Origin: the human T2T-CHM13v2.0 reference genome, Homo sapiens
DNA length: 64,000 nucleotides
NCBI RefSeq assembly: GCF_009914755.1
Contig: NC_060927.1
Reading direction: 5' to 3' (one strand)
The stretch's first letter is position 1. Each line of letters begins with the position of its first letter. Made by a program: the position numbers and the translations under genes. Below are positions 15,083-32,405 of the stretch, one piece after another. The notes below the pieces were generated by a model. That model saw only the letters and a program-made list of their open reading frames with translations, was not told the origin of the DNA and ran no database searches.

Positions 15083-16314
15083 GAAGGGGTGGGAAGAGAG
15101 ATAGCCCATTCTCTGTTGGCCTAATTCCTAAGGAATCGTGCCTCTGCCTTCAGGCCATTCTCAAGTCTTGTTCAAGGATAAAATGATTTATTGATGGCCA
15201 TAATTAAAAATCAATGCCAACAGAAGCAGCGTCAGCATTTTTCATTTGTACTTACACATGAGTGAGAGCAGTTTAGGGAAACGGGTGCCTTCAGGTTCTG
15301 TTTTCTCCATCTAGAAAAGGGCTGCCTTCATGGAATGCTGGTGCTGGGGAGAAGCCTCACGTCTATAGCAGGACTTGATAGTTTTAAATTCCGATTGGTA
15401 CACGGAGCTACTCGTCCTCATTTCAAGCACTTCTGGTTTGTTCTGGGTTCAGTGGGTGAGCAATGAGTAGAACTCTGGGGAGGAGGATTTGGGGCGAGCG
15501 TGGTTTTGATACCCAGAGAGAGCTGTTTTTCCATCACTGTCTTGACTGTGATTCAGAATGGGCTTCTCCGCTCAAGATGGGAGTACTGGGCTGATTTAAG
15601 GTGGGTGATTGACTTGTTTTGGTGGCTATTTTTATACTAGCTGGTTAACGAGCTATTTTCTTCATTAGTTTCAGGCATGTGAGCTTAATGAAGCATTGGA
15701 CCTCCCAAATTACAAGGAAAATAAAGATATAGCTTATATGGTAGTTTCGAAGGAGTTAGTGAACAAACACAGTAGGGCCACAAATTATTGTTGAAGACAT
15801 GAATGCATGAAAGTGTATCTATGTCCAAATGGACTCTCTCTCTGCAACCATACTGTTCCACCTGAAAATTAGTAGATCGAAATTCAGCAAATGCTTGGAC
15901 AGGGGATACTCTCAGAAGTATTCCGACTAAATAGCTTGGTTTCTTTTCATATCACTAAAGTAATTTCTTCCCAAATTGATTCTGGACTAAATCTTATGAT
16001 ACCTACTTGTTCTGATTGTACTTAGCCACCTGCAAATAAGGTGGGGGCAGTGGTAAGAGGAGCTGTTGAATGAAATTAAACATTTGTTGAATGCTTACTG
16101 AGGATAAAGCCCTGTGCTTTGTGCCAGGAAGATTCCAGAATAAATGAGGCACAGACCTACTCTCAGGAAGCTTTTGCAAACTAATGGAGAAAACACATCT
16201 GCAGGCAATGACTTATGGTATAAAAGGAAATGGGGCCAGGTAGGGTGACTCACACCTGTAATCTCAGCACTTTAGGAGGCCAAGGTAGGTGGATCACTTG
16301 AGGTCAGGAGTTCA

Positions 16315-16530
<216 letters not shown>

Positions 16531-16839
16531 TCAAAAAAAAAAAAAAAAAGGAAATAAGATTGATGTTGAATGGGAAATCTAAGCAGGATGGAATGTCAGG
16601 AGAGCGCCCACTTGCCCAGCTCCAATAACACTTTTGACAGCCATGACAATATTGCAGGGACGCCCATTCCTCATGGTATCTGAAGCCCCATGAAGGCTTG
16701 CATCTGGAGGCTGGTTCAGTCTTGACTTTAAGATCAGGGGATACAAGGAATGATTTTCATCTATCCCAAGCCAATAGTCCAGCCAAAAATCTAAGTCTGA
16801 GATGATGAGAAAAAGCAAGTCATCAACCATGTCAGCCAT

Positions 16840-16876
16840 TTCATCATCATCATCATCATCACCATCATCATCATCA
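16840..16876. repeat. (CAT)n microsatellite
   Basis: TCATCATCATCATCATCATCACCATCATCATCATCA. Confidence 0.95.
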
Positions 16877-16977
16877 AAAACAAAAGACAGACCTGTACCC
16901 ATCTAGTGTGCCTGGCTCTTGTCTTAGTTCAAAATATAGAAGTAAATTCTATGGCCAGTGAACAATGACCAAAATAG

Positions 16978-17110
16978 CTCTCATCACTTTTGTCTGCCAC
17001 CATGTAAGATGTGCCTTTTGCCTTCCACCATGATTTGGAGGCTTCTTCAGCCACATGGAACTGTGAGCCCATTAAATCTCTTTTTCTTTAAAATTACCCA
17101 GTCTTGAGTA
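16978..17110 (+). mobile_element. MST/THE1 MaLR LTR fragment
   Basis: GCCACCATGTAAGATGTGCC..CCTTCCACCATGAT..GGAACTGTGAG.CCATTAAA.CTCTTTT..AATTACCCAGTCT. Confidence 0.8.
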
Positions 17111-18452
17111 ATAAAATAGTGGTTTGTCCACGACATCAATGAATGATGCTGTCACTTGTTCCAAACGCATATCATTTAAGAGGTCTGGATAAACAACAAC
17201 CTAAAATAAATAAGCACTAAGCAAACTCAGGGCTACATAATCCCTGTGGTGAGGTAACTGACAATAGGTACAACTGGGACAGTTTATTGTTAAATCACAT
17301 CTATCTGCATGTGCCCAAGCAGTGAGATACTTCGTTTTAATCCTAAAAAATCATGGTGCACATTTACTCCTGCCTTCCAACCGGGCTCCAACGTCACCTC
17401 CTCAGAGAAGCCCTCTTTTCTGTGCTTCCACTCTGCTTTTTTTCAACATTTAGTAGAGCATCATTCACCATCCATATCTGGGAACAATGATTGTAAGAAA
17501 CAAATCCATTTGCATGAGCTGGAGGGAAAGGAGCATACCTTATCTCTAACAGGCAAACTCATGAGCACGAGAAATAAATGAGAGGCCATGAGAGAATGGA
17601 AACAGCAGTTACAGAAACCAAAATGCCTCTTTCTGGCTCTCAGAAGCCCATGGTCTCCTTTTTTTTTGTTTTTGTTTTTGAGACGCAGTCTTGCTCTGTC
17701 GCCCAGGCTGGAGTGCAGTAGTGCGATCTCAGCTCACTGCAAGCTCCACCTCCCGGGGTTCATGCCATTCTCCCGCCTCAGCCTCCCAACTAGCTGGGAC
17801 TACAGACACCCGCCACCACACCTGGCTAATTTTTTGTATTTTTAGTAGAGATGGCGTTTCACCGTGTGAGCCAGGATGGTCTCGATCTCCTGACCTTATG
17901 ATCCGCCCGTCTTGGCCTCCCAAAGTGCTGGGATTACAAGCTTGAGCCACAGCGCCCGGCAGCCCATGGTCTTTCTTTTCAGCCCTGTGGCCTTTCTTAT
18001 CTCCGCTTCTCTCACTCACAACCAATTTTCCCTTTTTGCTGGTGGCCCATCATGGCAGCCAGCAGAACCCACCACCAGCTGATCAGTCAGTTACTGGATA
18101 TCTTGGAGAGGGAGGGAGGGAGAGGGAGAGAGGGAGAGGGAGAGAGAGAGAGAGAGAGAATGACAATTGGGCTTCTGGCCAACCAATTGAGTATAGGGAG
18201 GGGAAGTACCATGGTACAAATATGGCGCCAAGACCTGCTTTCTAGCATGGCCAATGAGTAGGGAAATTGAGGGAAGGTACCTGCAAACACAGCAGACATC
18301 TCAGAACATGCTCTCTGTTCTTAGTTCTCTCTCCTGCCTTCTCCTAGATTGTAAATATCACAAGACAATCTAGAATAGTACCTGGCTGAAAATATTTGAG
18401 AAAGAGAAAAAGGAAGAGATTGGATCAAACTCTGGACTTCATGGTTTCTTAA

Positions 18453-18593
<141 letters not shown>

Positions 18594-20266
18594 TGAGTAG
18601 CTGGGATTACAGGCACGCACTGCTACACCAGTTAATTTTTGTATTTTTAGTAGAGATGGGGTTTCATCATGTTGGCCAGGCTGGTCTCGAAATCTTGACC
18701 TCGTGATCCACCCACCTCGGCCTCCCAAAGTGCTGGGATTACATGTGTGAGCCACCATGCCTGGCTGACTCTGCAAGTATTTAAGTGAATGAATGTCAGT
18801 CCCTGAGAATCAGAAGAAAGGCATTAAATCTCCGTTACGTTTAATCCTGGTCAGCAGCTGTGGGGTGTCCTGGGTTTGGGATCAGTGGGATGAGGAACAA
18901 GCAGGTTCTCCAAACCACCACTCAGGGAGGGGAGGTGTTAACTAGGCCAAAGATGATGGGCAGGGTACGTGCCTGGGTTTCAAACAGCTTATGCCAGGCC
19001 GAAAAACCGACGCTGAAGCAGAAACTGTATTAAGCAGATTGATGATACAATGGAGGGGGTCAAAAAGTTTAATATTGCTAAGAAGAATACAAATATTGAT
19101 TATGCAATATGATATTGTTTCACACCATCTCCTGCTACATGCCAGGTTTCCTTTACCATGAGATAGAGGAGACTTGTGGATCTGACCTAATCCTCCAAAT
19201 TGTAAGGTCCCTGAGAGTGGGCTCATGACATTCATGTTTTATAAATGTGGCATAAAGGCTCATGCTGGCTGCCATGTGGCCCAATCCCAGTTCGATGCTG
19301 CATTCAAAGAGCCATCATTCCAGCATGCAAGCATACTTAAAGGCAATTGAAATGTTTACCGCCGTCCCTCAAGACAAACACCAAAGAAAAACTATTTTCA
19401 AAATGCATAGCAACACTTCTTAAAATCTTATTTTCCCATCTCTTTCTCTCTCTCTACCACATTCCCAGGAGTTTCCTAGGAGCAAAACTGTCATAAAGAC
19501 CCAGGAGCAAAATGATTAATGACTTCACTATATCTGATTCTGATTTAGTTGGTTTAGAGTGGTGTCCTCGCATAAGTATTTTTTAATATCTTGCTGGGCA
19601 CAGTGGCACACACCTGTAGTCTCAGCTACTCGGGAGACTGAGGCAGAAGAATCATTTGAACCCAGGAGTTTGAGTCCAGCCTGGGCAACACAGCAAGACC
19701 CTGTCTCTGAAAAAAAAGAAAAAAAAAAAAAAAAAAGCAAAAACAAATCTCTCTCAGCTGCAGTCAGGGTTGATAACTAGTTGATCAAATAATTGTGGTA
19801 GACAACCTTTGCAATAGACCTTAATATTCCCACCTCCTGGTGTTATTCATTGTGGAATCTGTCTTAGCTAGTCCTCAATTGGGTCTGGTATCCAGGCCCC
19901 ACCTTGAGAGGCTAGTCCCACCTCCTACCCCACACATGGTTTTATCCTTACTTTCAAGACTGGCCTAAAAATGTAAAATGTACTTGTTTTGACCTTGTTT
20001 CCAATGAAATAACTATTCTAAACACTCATTTAGGATGGTTGGGGAAATTTGAAGACTGGCTAAATATTGAAGATATTTGCTTCAAAATAACCCAGCTTGG
20101 TAATGAGATGATGGCGGCTGAGGCTGGTGATAGGCACAGAGAGCTTCATTATCAAATAGAAACAAGTTGGAAAAAACAGAATCTTTTCCATAATAAAAAT
20201 GTAAGGTAAACACAAAAATGTATTGAGTGCATAAAAAGAATCTATGGTCTCACAGACATTAGCTTA

Positions 20267-20410
<144 letters not shown>

Positions 20411-20633
20411 CTAAAATAAATAAATATAAATAAAAGTCACTAGAATTGATTATAGAACATCAACTCTATTTGAGTGTATAAAGATTACTGGTGGAGGGGG
20501 GCAATGGGGAGAAGGAGAAAGAGAATATATTTGTGACCTAGATTATTTTCCTTAGTTTTGAGGTAATCTTTGGGTCTCCTGGGTCTTCTAGCCCAGTATT
20601 TATTTTTATTTATTTTATTTTTTACTTTTTTAG

Positions 20634-20849
<216 letters not shown>

Positions 20850-21665
20850 TGATCCACCCACCTTGGCCTCCCAAAATACAAGGATTACAGGCATTAGCCA
20901 CCACACCCTGCCTATTTTCCTTAGTTTTCAAAGAACCTTTGTGTCCCCTGGGTGTTCTAGCCCAGTATATCTCAAACTTTGCTGCACTGAGGACCTTGTT
21001 GAAATGCATGTTCTCAGCTGGGAGGCTCAGTGGGCCAGCAAATCTGCATTGGTTTAGGAAGCTCACCCTGAGTAGCAAGCTTCAGTGAGGACCAGGCAGA
21101 CCCCTGCCTGCCAACCCCCTCTCAGCTGGGCTTAACTCTGGCTCTCTCCTGACAGGGTTCCTTCCCCTCAAAATAGGAGCTATTTTCAAAAAGTCTCTTG
21201 GAAAAAAGGCCCTGTTTTAAAATTGGGGTGTTTACCACAGTGTTTTAAGACCTTTGCCCAGACCCCCGCAACCAACTTAGAATGGACATTTTTACTTTTG
21301 AAGGCCCCACTCCACACCATATTAAATTCATTAAAATCAACCCCCATTACAGGCATATCTCAGGCATCATGCCCTCAGAACGGAGTGGCAGCTAACCACT
21401 TGACAATGTTGCAAAGCATTAAACATGCATTCATTTCAGGCTTGCAGTTTTCACATTTAGGAGCCAATTGTCTTAGGTCTAAAGCATTCACGTTCAAGCA
21501 CTGTTATGGGCCCCAGACACTATGCTTCCCAGCCTTAATGGCCTCTGCTATGCTGGTTCCTACCGCCCCACCCCTGGGTTCTGGCCGGCTAGCCCACACC
21601 ACCTCACTGCTCCCCCATTCAAGTGTGCCTTAGATGTGTGCTTTCCAAACTCATCTACACTTTAG

Positions 21666-22007
<342 letters not shown>

Positions 22008-22684
22008 TGATCCTCCCGCCTCAGCATCCCAAATTGCTGGGATCACAGGCCTGAGCTACCATGCCTGGCCATCAGCATCTGTATTTTTTGAAGCACAGAC
22101 GAGTTTGGGAACTACTGCCCTAGACTGAGCTCGGTTTCCTAGCCCTGTCTGACGGTAGGATTCTGCTGGGCTGCTTCTGAAAACAGAGCTCCCCAGGCTC
22201 CTTCCCAGGTAATTCTGATTCATTAGGTCCTTGGTGGGCTCTGGAATGTGTATTTTTTACCAGGTCCCTCTGGGCGAATCAGGCTAAAGCCATGTTGGGA
22301 TCTGAGACCTTGGCGCTCATTCCCCAGCTTCCCTCCTAACCCAGTTCCCAGCTTGGCCCACCTCACCCAGGCTATGTCACGTCTGACTTCGCAGATTACA
22401 CCTGAGAGGGAAGGCCCAGCCATCACGATGTGAGAACATTTTACAATGACGAGGAAATGCCAAACACATTTTAAAACTCATTCAGGATTAGCGTTCACCT
22501 TAAACTTGAGACTCGGAGAACGGGCTGGCAACGTGCTGTGCACAACCCTTAGTGCTCTTCTGCGACTAATATTTGGATAATTGATTGTTGGAAGCTCAGG
22601 AAGTCTCTCTCTCTCTCCAAGGATTGAAGTTAACTTCCTTATTTCTGAAGTAGGGAAGAAAATGAGGATGCCCTGCCTTTCGCT

Positions 22685-23405
22685 AGACTGAATACTGTCC
22701 TCCAAAAATTCACATTCACCAGGAATCCCAGAATGTGACTTTATTAGAAAATAGGGGCGGGGCATGGTGGCTCATGCCTGTAATCTTAGCACTTTGGGAG
22801 GCTGAGGCAGAAGGATCACTTGAGGTCAGGAGTTCGAGACCAGCCTGGCTAGCATGGCAAAACTCTGTCTCTACTAAAAGCATAAAAATTAGCTAGGCAT
22901 GGTGGCATGCACCTGTAACCCTAGCTACTTTGGAGGCTGAGGCTGAAGAATCACTTGAACCCAGGAGGCAGAGTTGCAGCAAGCTGAGATTGTGCCACTG
23001 AACTCCAGCCTGGGCAACAGAGCAAGACTCCATCTCAAAAAAAGAAAAGAAAATAGGGTCACTGCAGATATAATTACAAAGAAGTCATATTGGAATAGCG
23101 TGGACCTTAAATGGAGTAATAATGACATCCTCATGGAAAGAGAAGAAGAGACAGAGACACACAGGGGAGAAGGCCACATGAGAATGAAGGAAGAGAATGG
23201 AATGATGTGGCCACAAGCCAAGGATTGCCAGCAGCCACCAGAAGCCACAAGAGGCAAGGAAGGATTCATCCCTAGAGCCTTCAGAGGGAGCATGACCCTG
23301 CCGGGTTTCAGACATCAAGCTTCCAGAACTGGAGAGAATGACTTTCTGGTGTCCTGAGCCACCCATTTGGGGAACTTTGTTAGAACAGCCACAGCCAGCT
23401 CATGT
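22685..23405 (+). mobile_element. MLT1C/D-type LTR with an Alu insertion (22757-23053)
   Basis: CAGAATGTGACTTTATT.GAAATAGGG, CCACAAGCCAAGGATTGCCAGCAGCCACCAGAAGC; TSD AGAAATAGGG/GAAAATAGGG around the Alu. Confidence 0.8.
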
Positions 23406-23531
23406 GCTCCTGAATGCATTTCAGGCATTAATAAGCACTGTCTTGGCCGGGCAGGGTGGCTCACCCCTGTAATCCCAGCACCTTGGGAGGCTGAGGTGGG
23501 TAGATCACCTGAGGTCAAGAGCTCGAGATCA

Positions 23532-23777
<246 letters not shown>

Positions 23778-24162
23778 TTAAGGATTAGCTAGAAAGCCTG
23801 ACCCTTTCACAGATGGACAGAGGGGCCAAAAGAAAATAGATTGTTTGCACTGGGGCAAGAAGGATAAGAATCCTATGGAAAAAAAAAAAAAAGAGGGATT
23901 GGTTTAGTGAGTGCTGGGGAGAGGCATTTGTTTTCTTGCTTAAAAAAGAAACACAGGTTGGGTGCGGTGGCTCAAGCCTTAATCCCAGCACTCTGGGAGG
24001 CCAAGGTGGGTGGATCACCTAAGGTCAGGAGTTCGAGACCAGCCTGGCCAACACTGTGAAACCCCATCTCTACTAAAAAGACAAAAAAAAAAAAAAAAAG
24101 AAAGAAAGAAAGAAAGAAAGCAATTAGCCAGGCATGGTTGTGGGCGCCTGTAATCCCAGCTA

Positions 24163-24270
<108 letters not shown>

Positions 24271-24520
24271 TCAAACAAAAAAAAAAGAAAGTAAAAAACA
24301 TAGTTTTAAGTCCACTCAGTGGAGTTTAAAAATACATTCCCATTGTGCAGTGCTTTTGGAATCTTTTCTAAACTTCTGTTGCACATGATCTAATTTGATC
24401 TTCATAGCAACTCCCTGAGGTGGATAGGGCAGGCCTTTCTGAACACCTATTTTCTAGTTTGCATTAAAAGAACGGAATTGGCTGGGACCAGTGGCTCATG
24501 CCTATAATCCCAGCACTTTG

Positions 24521-25539
<1,019 letters not shown>

Positions 25540-25654
25540 TCTGAGGCCAAGGCAGGAGGATCGCTTGAGCCCACGAGTTTGAGACCAGCCTGCGCAACAT
25601 AGCAAGACCCCATCTCTACAAAAAGAAATAAATAACCAAAAAAAAAAACCATTA

Positions 25655-25849
<195 letters not shown>

Positions 25850-26545
25850 CTAGCAGAGGCAGATCTGGTACTCAAATGCAGGGTTTCCAGGTTTCAATTC
25901 TACTTTCTAGCAGTATTATGGAGAAACATGATCACTAATACATGAAGGAGAGGAGGTTTCAAGTTCTGGTGAAAAGACGGTAAAGAGAGGAGTTAGTTGA
26001 CTAGGAGTGACTAGGAATGGGAAGAAAACGCATGACACTATTTACAGGAAAGAAGAAAAATAAGCATAGAGGTGACTGAGCGGACAGAAAGGACTTGGAA
26101 GAAGCGTGTTTGGCTCTGTCTCTGCATTTCTTCCCTTGCATTAGTAACTTCCCTGATGACTTGGATGAATCTTCTCTTCCAGGGCATCCAGTGTTCCCTT
26201 TCTGTCCACTTCTCCTTTCCCAGGGCCCATACAGTCTGGGAAAGCATGCTCTGCAGGCTTCTCATATCTTTCCTTCCTTAATCAGCCCCTAGCATCTCTA
26301 TGTAACCCATACACACCTGGAGTTCCACATGCCTCAGTCTTTGCACTGCAGTGAATTCAAAGAAAGGTAGACTCTAGCTGGGCGCAGGGACTCACACCTG
26401 TAATCCCAGCACTTTGGGAGGCCGAGGCAGGCGGATCACTTGAGCCCAGGAGTTCAAGACCAGGCCTGGCCAACATGGTGAAACCCCATCTCTACTAAAA
26501 ACACAAAAATTAGCTTGGCTTGGTGGTGCATGCCCAGCAGTCTCA

Positions 26546-26635
<90 letters not shown>

Positions 26636-27013
26636 CTAGGCAACAGAGCAAGGCCCAGTCTCAAAAAAACACAAAGACGAAACTAAACCAAACCAAACCA
26701 AACCAAACAAAACAAAACAAAAAAAACCACACACACACACAAAAACAAAGGTAGACTGCAATAGGAAAAATTCAGTCAAAAGCAATTCAAATAATTACTC
26801 AGTCAACCCAGTTCTAGCTCAGTTCTTTATTATATATATAAACTTATTCTGTCTAGATTCCCTAGTTTTCTTTTTCTTAACTTTTTGGGTTTTTTTTTTT
26901 GAGACAGGGCCTCACTCTGCCACCCAGGCTGGAGTATAGTGGCACGATCATGGCTCACTGCAGCCTCAGCCTCCTGGGATGAAGTAGTTCTCCCACCTCA
27001 GCCTCCCAAGTAG

Positions 27014-27190
<177 letters not shown>

Positions 27191-27489
27191 TAGTTTTCTT
27201 TTTCTCTTTGCCCATTGCCTGGATTCCATAAGCAGAAGGAAAACCCGGGGGGTCACTTTGTAGGCAAGACTCTCCTCTTCAAAACGTAAATTGGTTCAAC
27301 TGGTACCAAAACTGAAACGTATTTATAACTTAACATCTTTTCTTCCTACCCCTTCAATCTCTTGAGCAATGAGAAAAGGCACTGGGCTCTTTCCTTGGTG
27401 ACACATAGTCTGTGCCCTCAAAGAACACTGACACCCCGGCAACATCCATTCGAAGAGCTTATCCGTACCTCCCCTCCTTTATCCCCAAG

Positions 27490-27636
27490 ATCACTGGGCC
27501 AGAGCTCACGGAGTCATTCACAACATGATGTTTAACACCGAGAGGCTCTGGAAGTGCTCCTTCAAGACTCAGAAGAAGACCCATTGCTGAGACAATCGTG
27601 TTCTCTCTCTCTCTCTGTATAACCACCCAGAGACAA
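27490..27636 (+). pseudogene. ENPP7-like pseudogene, exon 2 equivalent
   Basis: Pyrimidine tract + AG at 27488-27489; reads HGVIHNMMFNT (27507-27539)..C*DN..ITTQRQ versus ENPP7 HGVVHNMYYNT..WWDN..ITAQRQ; stop, (CT)n frameshift, donor mutated GT>GG. Confidence 0.85.
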
Positions 27637-28541
27637 GGACTTCCAGAGACCCTGGCTTCCCTGGCTGCTGCCTCTCATTCCTGCGCCTGTGGGATGAGAG
27701 TTCGAAGCTGTGCGACCTTGACCAAGTTACTTACCCTCTCTAAGCATATGTTTCCCTAAATGTGAAATAGGGATGATGGTGATGTGTTTATCTCACAGAT
27801 TTGATAGAAGGATTAAATGAGAGATGCATCAAAAGCAGTGGGCACAGGGTCAATGCTCAGTGAGCTTTCTCTTATCAATAGACAGGTCTCCATGAGGACA
27901 GAAACTGGCTTCATCTCGACTGTAGCCTCAGGGCTGGCCACAGTGTCTGCACCCAGCAGGACTTCAGTAAATATCTGTTTATACACTAACCACAGACTTA
28001 GGCATAAAAGCCCTTTGGAAGAAAGTTGACCATTTCATGCACCTTCAGACTATGAAGATCAGTGATGACAACTTTAGCTTGAGAGGGTCTCAGTGCCCAT
28101 TCATCACCACTGTGAAAAGGCAGAAACCAGAGCTGTGTGTTTAACTCCCAGCCCCAAAACCTGTCGGCTTTGCTTTATCACTATGAGCTTCCAATGGCAT
28201 CCCTTTAGAATGGGGCCTCTCTCTCCTTCCCCAAGGCACCAGCCTTCACCCCAGACCTATCCTTGTCACCTGGTTCCTCCTCTCTGTACTCTGAGCCCAT
28301 GCTGTGCTCGTCAGATAGCAACATGGGAGAATACAACAGCCCAGAATGCAGGCTGCAGAGTTAGATCCCCAGAACAGGATCTCAGCTGGCTCCATCCTTC
28401 CTCAGCTGGGCAACCGTGGCCAATGACTAGCTTTCTGTGCCTGAGTTGCTCCATCTGGGAATTGAAGATTGTCATAGTCCCTGCTTCAAAGAGTCACTGG
28501 GAGGATTAACTGAGAAAGTGCAGGGAAGGTGCTTGGAACTA

Positions 28542-28844
<303 letters not shown>

Positions 28845-28954
28845 TCACAAAAAAAAAAAAAAAAAAAGTCCATCATTCTTACTAATGGAGGCCAAATCAT
28901 CTCAGCTCTTCTTTGGATGATCAGTATGCTCCAAGCCAGTGTTATCCAATAGAC

Positions 28955-29451
28955 CAGAGGTCCCCAGCCCCCAGACCACTGACCAGTAGTGGTCTGTGGC
29001 CTGTTAGGAACTGGGTTGCACAGAAGGAGGTGAGCAGCGGGCTAGCGAGTGAAGCTTCATCTGTATTTACAGCTGATCCCCCTGGCTGATCTCTGTCTCC
29101 TATCAGATCAGCAGTGGCATTAGATTCTCATAGGAGCACCAACCCTAGTGTGAACTGCATGTGGAAGGGATCTAGGTTGTGTGCTCCTTATGACAATCTA
29201 ATGCCTGATGATCTGTCACTGTCTCCCACCACCCTGAGATGGGATTATCTAGTTGCAAAAAAACAAGCTCAGGGCTCCCACTGATTCTACATTATGGTGA
29301 GTTGTATAATGATTTCATTGTATATTATAATGTTCATAACAATAGAAATAAAGTACACAGTAAATGTAATGCACTTGAATCATCCCGAAACTTCCCCCTA
29401 AAAATCCATGGAAACTGGTCCTTGGTGCTAAAAAAAAATTGGGGACCACTG
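28955..29451. mobile_element. MER1A-like hAT-Charlie element inserted into a MER3
   Basis: Terminal inverted repeats CAGAGGTCCCCA / TGGGGACCACTG; perfect 8-bp TSD CAATAGAC (28947-28954, 29452-29459). Confidence 0.9.
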
Positions 29452-29586
29452 CAATAGACTATTCGGTCACCGTCCAATCAAACATTCTGCAATGGCGGAC
29501 TTGCTCTACTCTGCACTGTCCAACATGGGAGCTGCTAGCCACCCACATGGGCTGTTGAGCCCTTGAAATGTGGCTGGTGAGAATGA

Positions 29587-29748
<162 letters not shown>

Positions 29749-32364
29749 TGAGTACCTAGGATTCCAGGAACCCGCCATCATGGCCAGCTAATTTTTGTAT
29801 TTTTGTAGAGATGGGATTTCACCATGTTGGCCAGGCTGATCTTGAACTCCTGACTTCAGGTGATCTGCCCACCTTGGCCTCCCAAAGTGCTGGGATTACA
29901 GGTGTGAGCCACCATGCCCAGCCTTAATTCATTTCTAAATCACAAAATCTAAACAAGTGGCTAGGAGCTACCATAGTGTACAAGGCAGCTGTAGAATCAC
30001 AGGAAATTGTCAATGACCCTGTCCTGCTTCAAGTTGACTTTTCCCCCTCATGGTGACACTCTAGATTCTTTCCTCTTCTCTCACATTTTTTAGATTTTCA
30101 GGCTTAGACCATGAAAATAAGTTCTGTCCTTCCAAGAAAGTAACATTCATAACACTTACTGTATACCAGGCTGATTTCAGTGCTTTACATGTATTAATTT
30201 ACAACAACTCTGAGGCAGGAGCTGTGATTACACCCATTCAACAGATGAGAAAACTAAGGCACAAAGTGGTGCTGGAACTTCTCAAAGTCACACAGTTTGC
30301 AGGAGACAGAACTCGGATTTGAACTCACTTTGGGTTCAGCAACTCACAGCTCTCACCTATGACATAATATTACTTCTGTGGTCAAAACACTTAGACCTGG
30401 ATTTCACAGGAATCTTGTGCTTACCTGGCTGCTAGGGAGGTTTTCATCATCTTCCTTATCTCACAGTTCAAAACCCAGGGACTCCATGCTCTTGCTCTGG
30501 TGACCGTTCACTGGCAGGAGGATTCTGGGAAGGTTCTCCTTTTCTGTCATTTTTCTTATTCGTGGTTTTTTGTTTCATTGGTGTTTATCTGCAGAACTTT
30601 GTTTCCTTCTGCTCAATTCATAATCAGAGTGCTTTTCCTCTTGGCTGAATCCATAAGTATTTATGCAAAAAGAGGTTGGGCATAGAGCCAGGCGACTGAT
30701 GACACCCGGCTCATCTGGCAAGTGGATATCAAATTGTTGTGTCTCGTTCTGCCATTCCCGGCTCCTGCTGTGGGGCTGGGCCATCTGCCAACTCTGCAAG
30801 GAGCTGGCGGGAAACCGCTGCCAGCAGAGTGAACCCACGGCCCGGGTCAGTCCGCCTCGGCATAGCACTCCAGCTGGCCCCCAGTGCCTTTTGGGGACAC
30901 ATCTGTATTGCCAGGCAGGGCTGTGGGAGGGCCGCCTGCCTCCTGTCCATCACAAGGAAAACCTAACCTTGTCCTGCTTCCCTTCCAGGCAGCCTATGTG
31001 GAGATTGCTGCATTAACCTTTAATATGGCTAAAATTTTTCCTTCAATGACAGTAATGCTGCTAGAACCCATCCAGATACCCAGGAACTAATGTGCCTTGG
31101 CAGATGATGCTGGAAAGATGGGATTCCCGGCAGCCTTTGCATCCCTTGCTCACAGCCCACGAGTGTCTCCACCGTCCAGCAGGGCTTCTCTCACGGTCAG
31201 GGCAGAAAGAGAGAGAGTCTATCTGGAACAGGCTCGGATTTCAAATGAGTGTCCCCGATAATTCAACATGATCGATGGTTGAGGTCTTTCACCAAGTTCA
31301 GGAGTTCTAGTTCTCAGAGAGAGGCAGCCAGCCATGACTGTAAGACCTGGGCAAACCATACAAACTAGACGGCAGGTCTCACCCCTCCCCAGAGAGCTCC
31401 AGAGACTATCAAAGAGTGAAACAGCAGAGGGATGGTCTGGGTGGGGTCATCGTGGCCGACAAGGGTCTGTGACAGCACCTTGTTAGGCTACCCCCAAGAG
31501 GAAATTTGGAGAGAGGGTGGGAGGGCAGCTCTCAGTGCAAGCCAAGTCTCCTGGAAAATAACTTTCAAACTTTGGAGGATTGTGAGCAAGATGGGACCAG
31601 CAACTTCTACCTAAAAGAATGTTAATAGCAAGATAACTCATCCTAATATTGGTCCAAGCTAGGTCTTTATTATGCATCATAAAGGCTCTGAGAATAACCA
31701 TCTAACCTCCAAAAGGGCTGCGGGCTTTGAAGAATCTCAGGCAACTTGCTTCCTTCTGCTCAAGGACTCCCCTGGAGCACAGCAAAGCAAGGAAACACTT
31801 AGAGCCAAGCTTGAGTTCTGAATTTCAAACACAGGGAGTCCATCTCTTTCTACCCAATTGTTCCCTAGAATCAGTAACTAACTCCTTCCCCTTAATGGCA
31901 CGTACTTCCTACCAAAGCACAAACGTGATGGGCTGTCCATGAGCCTCCCACAAACATGTGCACCTTTTGACATAAATTCTGTCAGCCAAAGAGACCAGAC
32001 AAAATGCAAAACCAAAGTGGAGCCTTTCCTTGAATTATAGGTTCTAAAGAGTTTTGGACTCTCTACAAAACCCAAGAGTTAGGAATGGCCTGTAAGAAGC
32101 ACCAGCCCTTGTTTTAAGGAGGCAATTTAAGAATAATAGCCATGCTGATGCCACACTACGCTAAGGGAGAATAATGAACCTAATAAAACTAGCGATTTTC
32201 CAATTGCTTTTGCTGCTGGAAACATTGATTATGCTAATTAAAGGGTAGAATAGTAAATACTCACTCTTTTGCATCCAATTAAGTGTTCAGATTATTTCTC
32301 AGAAGTGTTTGTTGAAAATAATCATGGGTCCCAAATAAACAGATTCAATTGTGGTGCGGTACAT

Positions 32365-32402
<38 letters not shown>
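32365..32402. repeat. (GT)n microsatellite
   Basis: Run of ~18 GT units with one GA interruption. Confidence 0.95.

Positions 32403-32405
<3 letters not shown>

Noticed and set aside
16579-16902. 107-aa minus ORF with a poly-Asp run
   Set aside because: The acidic run is just the (CAT)n microsatellite; no other coding signal.
18838-18950. RLILVSSCGVSWVWDQ..SPN..RGGV resembles ENPP7 exon 1 (KLLLVSFDGFRWNYDQ..TPN..RDGV)
   Set aside because: Lacks the invariant DGF, the catalytic TxTxPxH motif and a matching donor; far more diverged than the other exons, so probably chance. Exon 1 was not located.
22340-22455. PAITM*EHFTMT resembles the ENPP catalytic-Thr region
   Set aside because: Needs several gaps and has no flanking motif support.
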